Part shown: piece by piece, positions 25,851-35,182 of the stretch | Position numbering within the stretch: the first letter of the stretch is position 1 | Layout of the letters: each line of letters begins with the position of its first letter | Assembly: GCA_964355045.1 (NCBI GenBank) | Contig: CAYHCM010000007.1 | Span: 1-50,377, forward strand | Length of the DNA stretch: 50,377 nucleotides | Direction of reading: 5' to 3' | Origin: an uncultured Chitinophaga sp. | GTDB taxonomy: Bacteria > Bacteroidota > Bacteroidia > NS11-12g > UBA9320 | Notes under the pieces: generated by a model | Databases searched by the model: none | What the model was told of the DNA's origin: nothing | What the model saw: only the letters and a program-made list of their open reading frames with translations | Made by a program: the position numbers and the translations under genes

Positions 25851-27107
25851 TTATGAAGGTTTATTTTTTATTTCCTTCACCATTTTGGTAGTCATAAAAG
25901 CAAGCACAATACCTGCCAAACCCAATGCCAGCCAGATAAACAAGCGATTGTAATTTTTATTTTCCTTTAAAGCATGTTGATTAGGATGATTGGATTGGAT
26001 GCCAAGATGATTAATTATGGGAATATTTTTTGGAATTTTATTTTCAAAATATTTCAGGTCATATTGAGCTTCTTCCAAAGTGGAATCTCCAAACTGAAGA
26101 AAATAGGTTTTTCCTTTTTCCAATCTTGCACTCAGATAGGTTTTAAGTTGTTGAAGTTCTATAGATTCAATTTTTAAAGGTTGATTATCCTTATTTTCAA
26201 TAACTAAAAACATATTTATAATTTTACGTCCATCCGTTATGGTAAACGCATTTTCAACATCTGAATTCAAAGTGATGCTTTGTGAGGGGTATTCATTACT
26301 GTAACTTCTTGAAGTAATTTCTTTATATCCATTAACCGTGTCCATGCCCAGATATTTCATATAAAGGTTTCCGTATCGCAAATACTGTTCAGGTTTTTCA
26401 ACGTTTATTTTTAAAATATCTACCAAATTGGGCTCTTCTAAAAGTATCTTTACATAACTTTTTTTATCAGAACTATCTCTTTGATAAAACAAGGTTCGTA
26501 GCAATGTTGAATATTTTCCAAAAATTACTTTTTGTGTATAATTACCAACCCTTAAAATATTTAATGATAACGGCATGGTATCAATCAAGGCAATTGAAAA
26601 CCAGGTGTAATTGGCCATGGGAAAGTCAATGGCTTTATAAACCATCGTGTTATTTTCGTCGCCCGGAACGGTAAATGTAAAGCCCTGATGAAGCATGTAC
26701 CAATTTTTTTTATCATCACTTCCACTTATCCGTATCTTCTTTTCGCCATAGGCATTTTTCATTTCTATTACGAGATTATTGATGGCTTGATGATTTACAT
26801 TACCTATAATTAAAGTTTGGGTATTTCCCTTCGACGAATTTTCATTTATTGGAAATGGAATAAAATCTTTTTCATAAAACGAGGCCACTTCATTATTTAT
26901 AATATAGGGTATTTCGGTTCCGTCTTCCGCTATTATTCTTAGGTCAGCCAATGAATATTTTGAACGGGCAATTATTTGAGGTGATAATTCTATTTTATAA
27001 AATCCGTTGGTTTCTACTGTATTTATTTTTGTTTTGTACTTAAAATTTTGAGCAATAGCAGAGTTTGCCGTTAACAGAATAAATAATGATATATGTGTTT
27101 TTCTCAT
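25851..27107 (-). CDS. secreted protein with C-terminal TM anchor, DUF3999-like
   Basis: 418 aa. Signal peptide ending NSAIAQ and C-terminal TM LFIWLALGLAGIVLAFMTT. It follows a DUF2339-like gene by 23 nt, a pairing I recall as conserved. Family assignment is from memory. Confidence 0.5.
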   Translation of the reverse strand: MRKTHISLFILLTANSAIAQNFKYKTKINTVETNGFYKIELSPQIIARSKYSLADLRIIAEDGTEIPYIINNEVASFYEKDFIPFPINENSSKGNTQTLIIGNVNHQAINNLVIEMKNAYGEKKIRISGSDDKKNWYMLHQGFTFTVPGDENNTMVYKAIDFPMANYTWFSIALIDTMPLSLNILRVGNYTQKVIFGKYSTLLRTLFYQRDSSDKKSYVKILLEEPNLVDILKINVEKPEQYLRYGNLYMKYLGMDTVNGYKEITSRSYSNEYPSQSITLNSDVENAFTITDGRKIINMFLVIENKDNQPLKIESIELQQLKTYLSARLEKGKTYFLQFGDSTLEEAQYDLKYFENKIPKNIPIINHLGIQSNHPNQHALKENKNYNRLFIWLALGLAGIVLAFMTTKMVKEIKNKPS

Positions 27108-27130
27108 GTTTATTAAAGTTAAAAAATAAA

Positions 27131-29590
27131 TTAATCTTCAATTTCAGAAGGAGCGTCAATCAACATTCCCTTTAGTTTTTGATACATAAACGAAACGATG
27201 AGCAACAAAATTCCAAGGGATATAAATGCAGCAATTTTTCCACCCTGAGTTGCATTGGATATATCGTATGTAAATAATTTTACTAATGTGAGAGTAAACA
27301 GAGAAAGAGAAATTATCCGGAGGGTTTTTAATTTTCGGGTCATACCCCAAGCCATAATTACAAACGATGTGATTCCCCACAAAATAGGCAAACAAATTTT
27401 AATACCTTTAATCCCAATACTATCTGCTGAAAAGCCGGGCTGGTACTGATTAATTACCCAAATATGAATAATTTCTGAACTCAGAATAATAACCGTAGCC
27501 ACAGTAGCAAACCAGGCAAAATATCCACTCATTTTACTTCGCAGTTTAACTTTCGTTAAAAGGTATTTCCCTATCATAAATAATAAAAGTAAGGCTAAAA
27601 TAGGATTAATAAAATGACTATAGAAAATTTTCTGATATATGCCATGCTCCAAATAATAAAGCCTTAAGTCAACGGTAAAGGAATTAAAAAATATAAAGAG
27701 CGAAATTATTACACACCCCAATATTACAAAGGCGGTTGACGTTTTGGTATTTTTGTATTTTATAGCAAAAAACAACGCAATTAATACAAATAGGTAATTA
27801 AACATTACCACATAATTTCCGGTTATATTACCTGTGTTAATCCAACTATCACTAACAGGCACTCCTTCAACCGAGGATGAAATATACCCGGAACTAAACG
27901 TTGAATTTAATTGAAATAACAATTCAAGAAGTGGCACCAAATAAACCAAAACCAAAGTTGCTATTTTAATAAATGAGATATACTGGTTAAGGGGTAATGT
28001 CCAAAAGTTTTGTTCGTCTTTTTTTAGTAAATATCCTTTTATGATAAAAGCAGCAATAACCACAAATCCGGTAATAAACGCCTGATTTAAAATAACCTCT
28101 AATGATTTGTTATGCGAATAAATATTTGCCCAGTCCATAATCAAACTAACCAAAGTAAGAAAGGTTACGATAATTGTTGTCTCTTTAATAAGTTTAATTC
28201 CTGATTTTTGACCCAACCATAAAAGCAATACCATCTCCATGGCCCAGAACAAAGTAATATAATTCCCTTCTAATTCAATGGGTCCCGATAAGCTCACAAA
28301 AGTTAGTACCAATCCAATGAGTAAATAAACCAGATTTTTATCCACCTGTTCTTTTTTATAAAGGAAATAGGCCACTATAAAATTAACTACAGCTACGCAA
28401 ATTGTAAACAAGCCCTGGAATTCGCCTTTCTGAACAAATGATAGACTATACATCCCAACAGCATAATAAAGAAACGTATTGCTAAGCAACATGCTAATTT
28501 CAATAGGCCTGAATTTTTGTTGATTCCTGATATTATAAATCAAATTCATTCCGAAGAAAATGGCATAAAACAAGGTAGCGAAAATTAATCCCCCTTTATG
28601 GTGGCCTTGGGTTATGTTAAATTTATAAATTATCCATCCTCCAAAAATAAGGATGGTAAAAGCATAACTTATTATGTTTACCAAATTCCAGCGTTTGAAA
28701 CTTGCCAGAATAAACATACCTATGTTTAAAATCAGTAAATAACTGAACAGTACTTTATAATTTCCCTCGCCCGTACTTACAAAAAACGGGGTACAAAAAC
28801 CGCCGATAATTGCAATTACAGCCAATTCTTTTTTATCATAAACAATAGAAAGAAGCACCGCAAATGTTGTAATAACAATCATAATCAGGAATGCCGGTGT
28901 TTGTTCCAATAATTTATAATCCTGAAAAGCAATATAAACAGTGAAATATAAAACGGCAATTCCTCCACCAACCAAAATGGATGAAAAAGCTCTAACGCTA
29001 TTTCGTATTCTATGAGCGGTTCCAATTAAGATTACACCCGATAAAATTCCGATAACTACCTTGCCTACATTATTAATATATTGATTATCGATAGCCCATT
29101 TTACCAAAAAGAAAATACCCAAAACAAAAACCCCGATACCAACCAAACTTAATAATTTCTCGCCAATGAAGCGTTCAATATCACTTTTCGGTTTTTCTTT
29201 AGCGGGAAAAATAGTTGGTTCGGTAACAGGTGTGGGTTCTGCTTTTTCATCTAAAAGTGGTAACTCAATAGGTTCTATTATTTCTTCCTCTATTACTATT
29301 TGCGGCGCAACTTCCTTAATTTCTTCTTTTATTATGGTAATAATTGGTGTGGTTTCATTGATAACCTCAGATACAGCCGGTATTTTTTCAGATTTTATTT
29401 CTACAATATCATCTTTAACTAAAGATTGCGGTTTATTAATATTTTGATACAGGGCATCAAATGATTTACGCAATTGAATAATTTCCTCAGTTAAACTTTT
29501 GACCCGATTATTTGTTGAAACACTCATAATTACTGGCAACAACAGGAATACTGCAACCACAATAAATCCTAAAAAAAATATTCCATCCAT
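27131..29590 (-). CDS. large polytopic membrane protein, DUF2339-like
   Basis: 819 aa: N-terminal TM, then a coiled-coil (TEEIIQLRKSFDALYQ), a Pro/Glu-rich linker and more than 15 hydrophobic segments. Confidence 0.6.
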   Translation of the reverse strand: MDGIFFLGFIVVAVFLLLPVIMSVSTNNRVKSLTEEIIQLRKSFDALYQNINKPQSLVKDDIVEIKSEKIPAVSEVINETTPIITIIKEEIKEVAPQIVIEEEIIEPIELPLLDEKAEPTPVTEPTIFPAKEKPKSDIERFIGEKLLSLVGIGVFVLGIFFLVKWAIDNQYINNVGKVVIGILSGVILIGTAHRIRNSVRAFSSILVGGGIAVLYFTVYIAFQDYKLLEQTPAFLIMIVITTFAVLLSIVYDKKELAVIAIIGGFCTPFFVSTGEGNYKVLFSYLLILNIGMFILASFKRWNLVNIISYAFTILIFGGWIIYKFNITQGHHKGGLIFATLFYAIFFGMNLIYNIRNQQKFRPIEISMLLSNTFLYYAVGMYSLSFVQKGEFQGLFTICVAVVNFIVAYFLYKKEQVDKNLVYLLIGLVLTFVSLSGPIELEGNYITLFWAMEMVLLLWLGQKSGIKLIKETTIIVTFLTLVSLIMDWANIYSHNKSLEVILNQAFITGFVVIAAFIIKGYLLKKDEQNFWTLPLNQYISFIKIATLVLVYLVPLLELLFQLNSTFSSGYISSSVEGVPVSDSWINTGNITGNYVVMFNYLFVLIALFFAIKYKNTKTSTAFVILGCVIISLFIFFNSFTVDLRLYYLEHGIYQKIFYSHFINPILALLLLFMIGKYLLTKVKLRSKMSGYFAWFATVATVIILSSEIIHIWVINQYQPGFSADSIGIKGIKICLPILWGITSFVIMAWGMTRKLKTLRIISLSLFTLTLVKLFTYDISNATQGGKIAAFISLGILLLIVSFMYQKLKGMLIDAPSEIED

Positions 29591-29783
29591 AATTTTAAAT
29601 TTTTAATTTGCCAAAAGTAATTCTTTTTAAGTGTAAATATTTTTGTCATCTTAAAGTCCTTTATTTACAGGCAATTTGAGCGAATGTTGATTGTTTTTAA
29701 TAATTAATGCTTGTTTTTTTGAATTAATTAAATATACATTTGAATTAACTTAATTAACTTATATAACTTAAAAATTTAAATCT

Positions 29784-30209
29784 ATGAACACAAAAACATT
29801 ACTCGCCGGATTGGTCGGTGGCGTGGCCGCGTTTTTTTTAGGATGGGGAATCTATGGATGGTTATTGGAATCCTTTATGAAAGCAAACACCAACCAATGT
29901 TTTGCTCTTGCTGACATGAAAGACATGAACATGATTGGTATGATTGCCAGCAATTTGGCATGGGGTTTTCTTTATGCCTTTATCTTAAGTTGGGCTAATG
30001 CTACCAATTTTATGTCAGGTGCTACTAAAGGTGCAATTGTTGGTTTATTGTTTGCCTTGAGTATGGATCTTTTCTTTTATTCAATGACAACCTATTTTAC
30101 AAGCATGAATGGTTTATTGGTTGATGTTTTGGCCAGTACAGTTATGAGTGCGATCATTGGAGGAATTATTGGTTGGATGCTTGGAAGAGGTAACACTGCT
30201 GCCGCCTAA
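29784..30209 (+). CDS. small integral membrane protein (about 4 TM; possibly DUF1761-like)
   Basis: 141 aa, Gly/Ala/Leu-rich hydrophobic segments. Followed by a clear intrinsic terminator. Confidence 0.55.
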   Translation: MNTKTLLAGLVGGVAAFFLGWGIYGWLLESFMKANTNQCFALADMKDMNMIGMIASNLAWGFLYAFILSWANATNFMSGATKGAIVGLLFALSMDLFFYSMTTYFTSMNGLLVDVLASTVMSAIIGGIIGWMLGRGNTAAA

Positions 30210-30231
30210 TTAGCGCATTTAAAAAATCTTT

Positions 30232-30268
30232 AAAAAATGCCGGGTAAATTCATCCGGCATTTTTTATT
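30232..30268 (+). terminator. intrinsic terminator
   Basis: AAAAAATGCCGG-GTAAATTCAT-CCGGCATTTTTT: GC-containing stem followed by a T-run. Confidence 0.75.
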
Positions 30269-30439
30269 GATCTTTTTTTAAAGTTTACCAAAAGTTAAAA
30301 TTTCATCCGGTTAATACGATAATGGGATTTTAGATTAATTTTGTTTGGTAAAAATAGTTCGGAGTTCTTGGTTCTAAGTTCTGATATTTGCTGAAAAAAC
30401 TTAGTACTTCGAACATAGTACATAGAACTTCAAAAAAAA

Positions 30440-32479
30440 ATGCAATTACAAAATTACGCACAAGGCCATTGGATAGCCGGAGATGAAGGGCAAACCCTTG
30501 TAGATGCCAGCACCGGCGAGTTTATAGCAACTGCCAGTAGCCAAGGTCTTGATTTGGCCGCTATGATGAATTATGCCCGAACAAAGGGCGGGCCGGCGCT
30601 TCGCAAAATGACCTTTCATCAACGGGGAAATATGCTTAAAGCCTTAGCGTTTTATCTTCAGGAACGCAAAGAATTATTTTATCCCATCAGTTATAAAACC
30701 GGAGCTACCCGTATTGATAGCTGGATTGATATTGAAGGAGGCATTGGTAATTTATTTAGCTACGCCAGCTTGCGGAGGCAATTTCCTGATCAGAGGTTTT
30801 ATGTGGATGGCGATACGATAGCATCGAGCAAAGGCGGCACGTTTATCGGCCATCATATTATGGTACCCAAAGAAGGAGTAGCCATTCATATCAATGCCTT
30901 TAATTTTCCGGTTTGGGGAATGTTGGAAAAAATTGCCGTAAATCTGTTGGCTGGAATGCCGGCTATTGTTAAACCTGCTACACTAACCAGTTTTGTTACC
31001 GAAGCAGTTACCAAAGAAATTATTCGTTCCGGCATTTTGCCAGAAGGGTCTTTGCAATTAATATGTGGTTCAGCACGGGGAATTTTAGATCATGTTACTT
31101 ATCAGGATGTGGTTACCTTTACCGGAAGTGCCGAAACCGGAAAAATGCTAAAATCTCATCCCAGATTATTAGCGGAGGCGGTGCCATTTAATATGGAAGC
31201 CGATTCTTTAAACTGCATGGTATTGGGCGAAGATGCTGTTCCGGGAACAGAAGAATTTACTATTTTTATAAAAGAAGTAAGAAAAGAAATAACGGTTAAA
31301 GCCGGCCAAAAATGTACTGCCGTAAGGCGAATTATCATTCCTGAAAATTTGGTGGAAGGTGTTCAAATAGCCCTGGGAAAAGCGTTGTCTGAAACTACAA
31401 TAGGTGACCCACGAAATGAAGGTGTAAGAATGGGGCCGCTTGCAGGTTTGCAACAACGGGATGATGTAAAGGAAAATCTCAATTTACTTTTAGCCGAATC
31501 TGAAATTGTATATGGTTTTCCGGATAAAGAAATTGAAGGGCTTGATATGGTTAAGGGTGCTTTTATGCAGCCCATTCTTTTGCTCAACAATTCGCCTTTT
31601 ACCAAAATGTCATCGCATACCATCGAAGTTTTTGGGCCTGTAAGTACCATTTTACCTTACAAAAATTTGGATGAAGCCATTGAATTGGCCAGGATGGGAA
31701 AAGGTTCGTTATGCAGCAGTATAACTACAGCCAATAATAATACAGCCCGCGATTATGTTTTGGGAACAGCTTCGCATCATGGCCGGATTTTGGTTTTTAA
31801 TAAAGAATGTGCCAAGGAAAGTACCGGGCATGGTTCGCCATTGCCAATGCTTGTTCATGGCGGGCCGGGCAGAGCCGGTGGCGGTGAAGAAATGGGCGGA
31901 AAACGTGGGGTTATGCATTATTTGCAACGCACAGCCATACAAGGTTCACCTACTACCTTAACACATATTACAGGAACCTACCAACCCGGTGGAGAATATA
32001 AGGATCCGGGAAAGCATTTATTTCGAAAACATTTTGAAGAACTGGAAATTGGGGAAACCATTATTACCCATAAAAGAACCATTACCGATGCCGATATTGT
32101 AAATTTTGCCAATGTAAGTTGGGATCATTTTTATGCACATACTGATGCCACGTCTCTCGAAGGAACTTTATTTACCGAAAAAGTGGCTCACGGTTATTTT
32201 ATTTTGAGTGCTGCAGCCGGTTTGTTTGTTGACCCCGGCAAAGGTCCTGTTTTATTAAATTATGGTTTGGAAGATTGCCGGTTTACCAAACCCGTTTATG
32301 CCGGAAGTACAATTGGGGTGAAACTTACTGTAAAAGAAAAAACCGATCAGGATAAAAAAAATGAGGATGATGTGGCAAAAGGAATTGTTAAATTTTACAT
32401 CGAAGTATATGATGAAACCAACGAAACAGTAGCGGTGGCAACTATTTTAACTATGGTAAAGAAACTTTATCAAAATTGA
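30440..32479 (+). CDS. paaZ: bifunctional oxepin-CoA hydrolase / 3-oxo-5,6-dehydrosuberyl-CoA semialdehyde dehydrogenase (ALDH plus MaoC-like hydratase domains)
   Basis: 679 aa. N-terminal ALDH fold (FTGSAETG, EADSLN, GQKCTA). C-terminal hot-dog domain (ITDADIVNFANVSWDHFYAHTD). Confidence 0.92.
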   Translation: MQLQNYAQGHWIAGDEGQTLVDASTGEFIATASSQGLDLAAMMNYARTKGGPALRKMTFHQRGNMLKALAFYLQERKELFYPISYKTGATRIDSWIDIEGGIGNLFSYASLRRQFPDQRFYVDGDTIASSKGGTFIGHHIMVPKEGVAIHINAFNFPVWGMLEKIAVNLLAGMPAIVKPATLTSFVTEAVTKEIIRSGILPEGSLQLICGSARGILDHVTYQDVVTFTGSAETGKMLKSHPRLLAEAVPFNMEADSLNCMVLGEDAVPGTEEFTIFIKEVRKEITVKAGQKCTAVRRIIIPENLVEGVQIALGKALSETTIGDPRNEGVRMGPLAGLQQRDDVKENLNLLLAESEIVYGFPDKEIEGLDMVKGAFMQPILLLNNSPFTKMSSHTIEVFGPVSTILPYKNLDEAIELARMGKGSLCSSITTANNNTARDYVLGTASHHGRILVFNKECAKESTGHGSPLPMLVHGGPGRAGGGEEMGGKRGVMHYLQRTAIQGSPTTLTHITGTYQPGGEYKDPGKHLFRKHFEELEIGETIITHKRTITDADIVNFANVSWDHFYAHTDATSLEGTLFTEKVAHGYFILSAAAGLFVDPGKGPVLLNYGLEDCRFTKPVYAGSTIGVKLTVKEKTDQDKKNEDDVAKGIVKFYIEVYDETNETVAVATILTMVKKLYQN

Positions 32480-32523
32480 AATATATAGCGATTAAAGGCG
32501 TTTAAAGTAAATAACCAGTATTG

Positions 32524-33564
32524 ATGAAATATAAATTTCTTGTTTTAACCTGTATAATATTTAACCTCTCTGCAAATGCCCAAATTGGCGGCACCCGAAC
32601 CTACCCTTTTTTAAATCTTGACCACAGCGCTCGAGTAGCTGCGGCTGGCGGTAGCTTAATTACAGTGCGTGATAATGATATCTCATTGGCCTATCAAAAT
32701 CCTGCCTTGCTTAATAAAAGTATGCATAATTATGCTACCCTTTCTTACATGAATTATTTGGCTGGGATAAACAATGCCTTTGCCGGTTATGTAAGGCATT
32801 ACGATAGCATTGGTACATTTTCGGCTAATATATTTTTTGTAAATTATGGCAAAATAAAAGGCTACGATCAGGATGGAAATTATACCCGCGAGTTTACTTC
32901 ACAGGATTATAATTTTCAAATTGGATATGGTGAACATTGGAAAGACAAATTTTGGTACGGGATTAATTTTAATTTTATTTACTCAGCCTTAGAAGCTTAT
33001 GTATCCACGGCAGGAGCATTTAATGCCGGTGGTATTTATTTTAATAAGGAAAAACGGTTTACGGCTACGGTTTTAGTAAAAAATTTAGGAGTTCAATTTA
33101 TACCTTATTATGAAGATCATTACGAACCATTACCTCTGGATATTCAAATGGGTATTTCAAAAAAATTAAAATTTAATCCGCTTAGTTTTTCAATAATAGC
33201 CCACGATCTTCAAACTTGGGATTTAACCTACAGAAATCCTAACAAGCGAAATAAAACCATAGATTTGGAAACCCAAAAGGAAAAAATTGAAAAAATACCG
33301 GTAGGTGAAAAAGTAATGCGGCATTTTAATTTTGTGGGTGAATTGCTTTTTTCCGATAATTTTAATGTGATGTTTGGTTATAATTACCAACGACGAAAAG
33401 AACTTTCGCCTGAACAACGCAAGGTGGTAACAGGATTTTCATGGGGATTAACATTTAACCTTTTAAAATATCGTTTTTCATATGGTATGGCCTCATACTA
33501 TCCCGGACAGCCAAGTTTTAATTTTTCGGTATTAAAAAATATGGTCGATTTTAAAAAAAAATAA
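32524..33564 (+). CDS. porQ: type IX secretion system protein PorQ-like outer-membrane beta-barrel
   Basis: Signal peptide, then QIGGTRTYPFLNLDHSARVAAAGG, which matches my recollection of the PorQ N-terminal signature. About 346 aa from the ATG at 32524. Confidence 0.65.
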   Translation: MKYKFLVLTCIIFNLSANAQIGGTRTYPFLNLDHSARVAAAGGSLITVRDNDISLAYQNPALLNKSMHNYATLSYMNYLAGINNAFAGYVRHYDSIGTFSANIFFVNYGKIKGYDQDGNYTREFTSQDYNFQIGYGEHWKDKFWYGINFNFIYSALEAYVSTAGAFNAGGIYFNKEKRFTATVLVKNLGVQFIPYYEDHYEPLPLDIQMGISKKLKFNPLSFSIIAHDLQTWDLTYRNPNKRNKTIDLETQKEKIEKIPVGEKVMRHFNFVGELLFSDNFNVMFGYNYQRRKELSPEQRKVVTGFSWGLTFNLLKYRFSYGMASYYPGQPSFNFSVLKNMVDFKKK

Positions 33565-33571
33565 ATATTCT

Positions 33572-34381
33572 TCAGGTCTTAATTTTCTCCTTTTTGGCCA
33601 ACTTATACCATATAATTGCAGAAACTACAATAAGCAAAATTGCAATAAATTGAGAATAGGTAAGTATTCCGCCAAACAAAAATCCACGCTCGTCATCCCC
33701 TCTAAAGTTTTCATTAATTACCCGGCCAATGCCATAAAGCATTATATATATCAAGAATAACTGTCCGTTGAATTGTTGTTTTTTTGAAACCAGAAATACG
33801 ATTAAAAGGGTTATTAAATTAATTGCAATATCAAAAAGTTGCGTTGGATATAATGGAATATTTTTAGGATTGGCAGCCGATTTAGGATTGGAAAATATAA
33901 CGCCAAATGCATTATCGCAAACTTTTCCATGACAACATCCTGCTAAAAAACAACCCAATCGCCCTAATGAATGTAACACAGGCCCTCCAAAAGCTACCCC
34001 GTCCATAAAAGGCCAAAAGGCTATCTTTTTTTTGCGAAGCCAAAAATACATAGTAGGAACTACCAAAAGCAATGAGCCATAAAACACAAAACCATTGCCG
34101 AAATTCTTTAACATCAACGATGGATTGTCTAAATATTTTGAAGGCTCTTCCAAATAAAAAAGAAGTTTACCACCAACAAATGCTGCCAAAAAACTCCAAA
34201 GAAATAGTTCTGATAAATTATCTTTATTTATTCCAAGTGATTTGGTTTTGTAGAGAATAATAAAATAAGCGACCATTATTCCTATTCCAATGCACAACCC
34301 ATAAGAATTAAAAACGAATTGATGAGGCAAAAAACCTCTTAAAAATTCGGGGGTATTAAAACTAAATAATTGTGGATACAT
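33572..34381 (-). CDS. lgt: prolipoprotein diacylglyceryl transferase
   Basis: 269 aa polytopic protein. GRLGCFLAGCCHG and YPTQLFD motifs. Confidence 0.9.
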   Translation of the reverse strand: MYPQLFSFNTPEFLRGFLPHQFVFNSYGLCIGIGIMVAYFIILYKTKSLGINKDNLSELFLWSFLAAFVGGKLLFYLEEPSKYLDNPSLMLKNFGNGFVFYGSLLLVVPTMYFWLRKKKIAFWPFMDGVAFGGPVLHSLGRLGCFLAGCCHGKVCDNAFGVIFSNPKSAANPKNIPLYPTQLFDIAINLITLLIVFLVSKKQQFNGQLFLIYIMLYGIGRVINENFRGDDERGFLFGGILTYSQFIAILLIVVSAIIWYKLAKKEKIKT

Positions 34382-34384
34382 AAA

Positions 34385-34849
34385 TTATGGAGCTGCGGGC
34401 AAACAAGGATTACATTGCTTAATAGTGGCTAATTTTATTAAAGTATCCTGGTTAATCATATCCACTATTAACAAATTATCAGCAATAAATTTTTTATAGC
34501 AATTATACATTTCCTTTTGTCGGGTATATACCTCCGCTGAATGATAAATACTGACGAAAATTTGAGTAATATCATTGGTTTTTAAGGTGATTTTGCCTTC
34601 GCTATTCGTCTTATAAATTATCGGTTTAGCATCCTTCGAATTCAGATACACCATAATTTCATTGTTGGCCAAGGGTTTCATTGTTGCCATTTCCGTTATC
34701 ATTTCATCCGGCGGAGCTGCACCGCCACAGTACATTTCTGAATAGTCAATGGCAATAGTTTTGTAGGTTAAAACCGTTTGTTTGCCCGCACGGCAATGGC
34801 TAAACATGGCAATAATAATTAAAGCGTAAATAATTGGGTAGATTTTCAT
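34385..34849 (-). CDS. hypothetical lipoprotein
   Basis: 154 aa. Signal with lipobox-like MFSHC. Lies 3 nt upstream of lgt on the same strand. Confidence 0.55.
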   Translation of the reverse strand: MKIYPIIYALIIIAMFSHCRAGKQTVLTYKTIAIDYSEMYCGGAAPPDEMITEMATMKPLANNEIMVYLNSKDAKPIIYKTNSEGKITLKTNDITQIFVSIYHSAEVYTRQKEMYNCYKKFIADNLLIVDMINQDTLIKLATIKQCNPCLPAAP

Positions 34850-35151
34850 TTTATTAATAAAATAATAATTGGTGTAAGATTGATTCTTAAATAAGCATCG
34901 AAAGTATAGGTTTTATTTGAAACTTTAAACCGTTCATTTTTTTTAATAAAATATTATTTCATATGTAATTAATATTTATTTTTTAAACTATGGTCATATG
35001 GAATACCCAATTTCATTCCCAGTTGGTTTGAACTTTGTGCTTATGGGTATTTCATTGAATCAATTTACTATCTATAAAGTAAGAGTTTCAATGTGTCTAT
35101 TAATTAATATTTTATGACAAAATAGTGGATTAATTCATAACAATCTCTAAC

Positions 35152-35159
35152 TATTTTTG
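35152..35159 (+). promoter_or_regulatory. putative -7 box (TATTTTTG)
   Basis: TAnnTTTG match 24 nt upstream of the ATG at 35183. Pattern match only. Confidence 0.3.
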
Positions 35160-35182
35160 TACTATATAATTACAGATAAGTC

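Noticed and set aside
12611-32479. Classic mobile-element explanation (IS, integron, ICE) for the blocks interrupting the paa genes
   Set aside because: No transposase, integrase or recombinase ORF was seen at the block borders, and no attC-like site, tRNA target or clear terminal inverted or direct repeats. The insertions are real as gene-order observations, but the mechanism cannot be assigned from this window.
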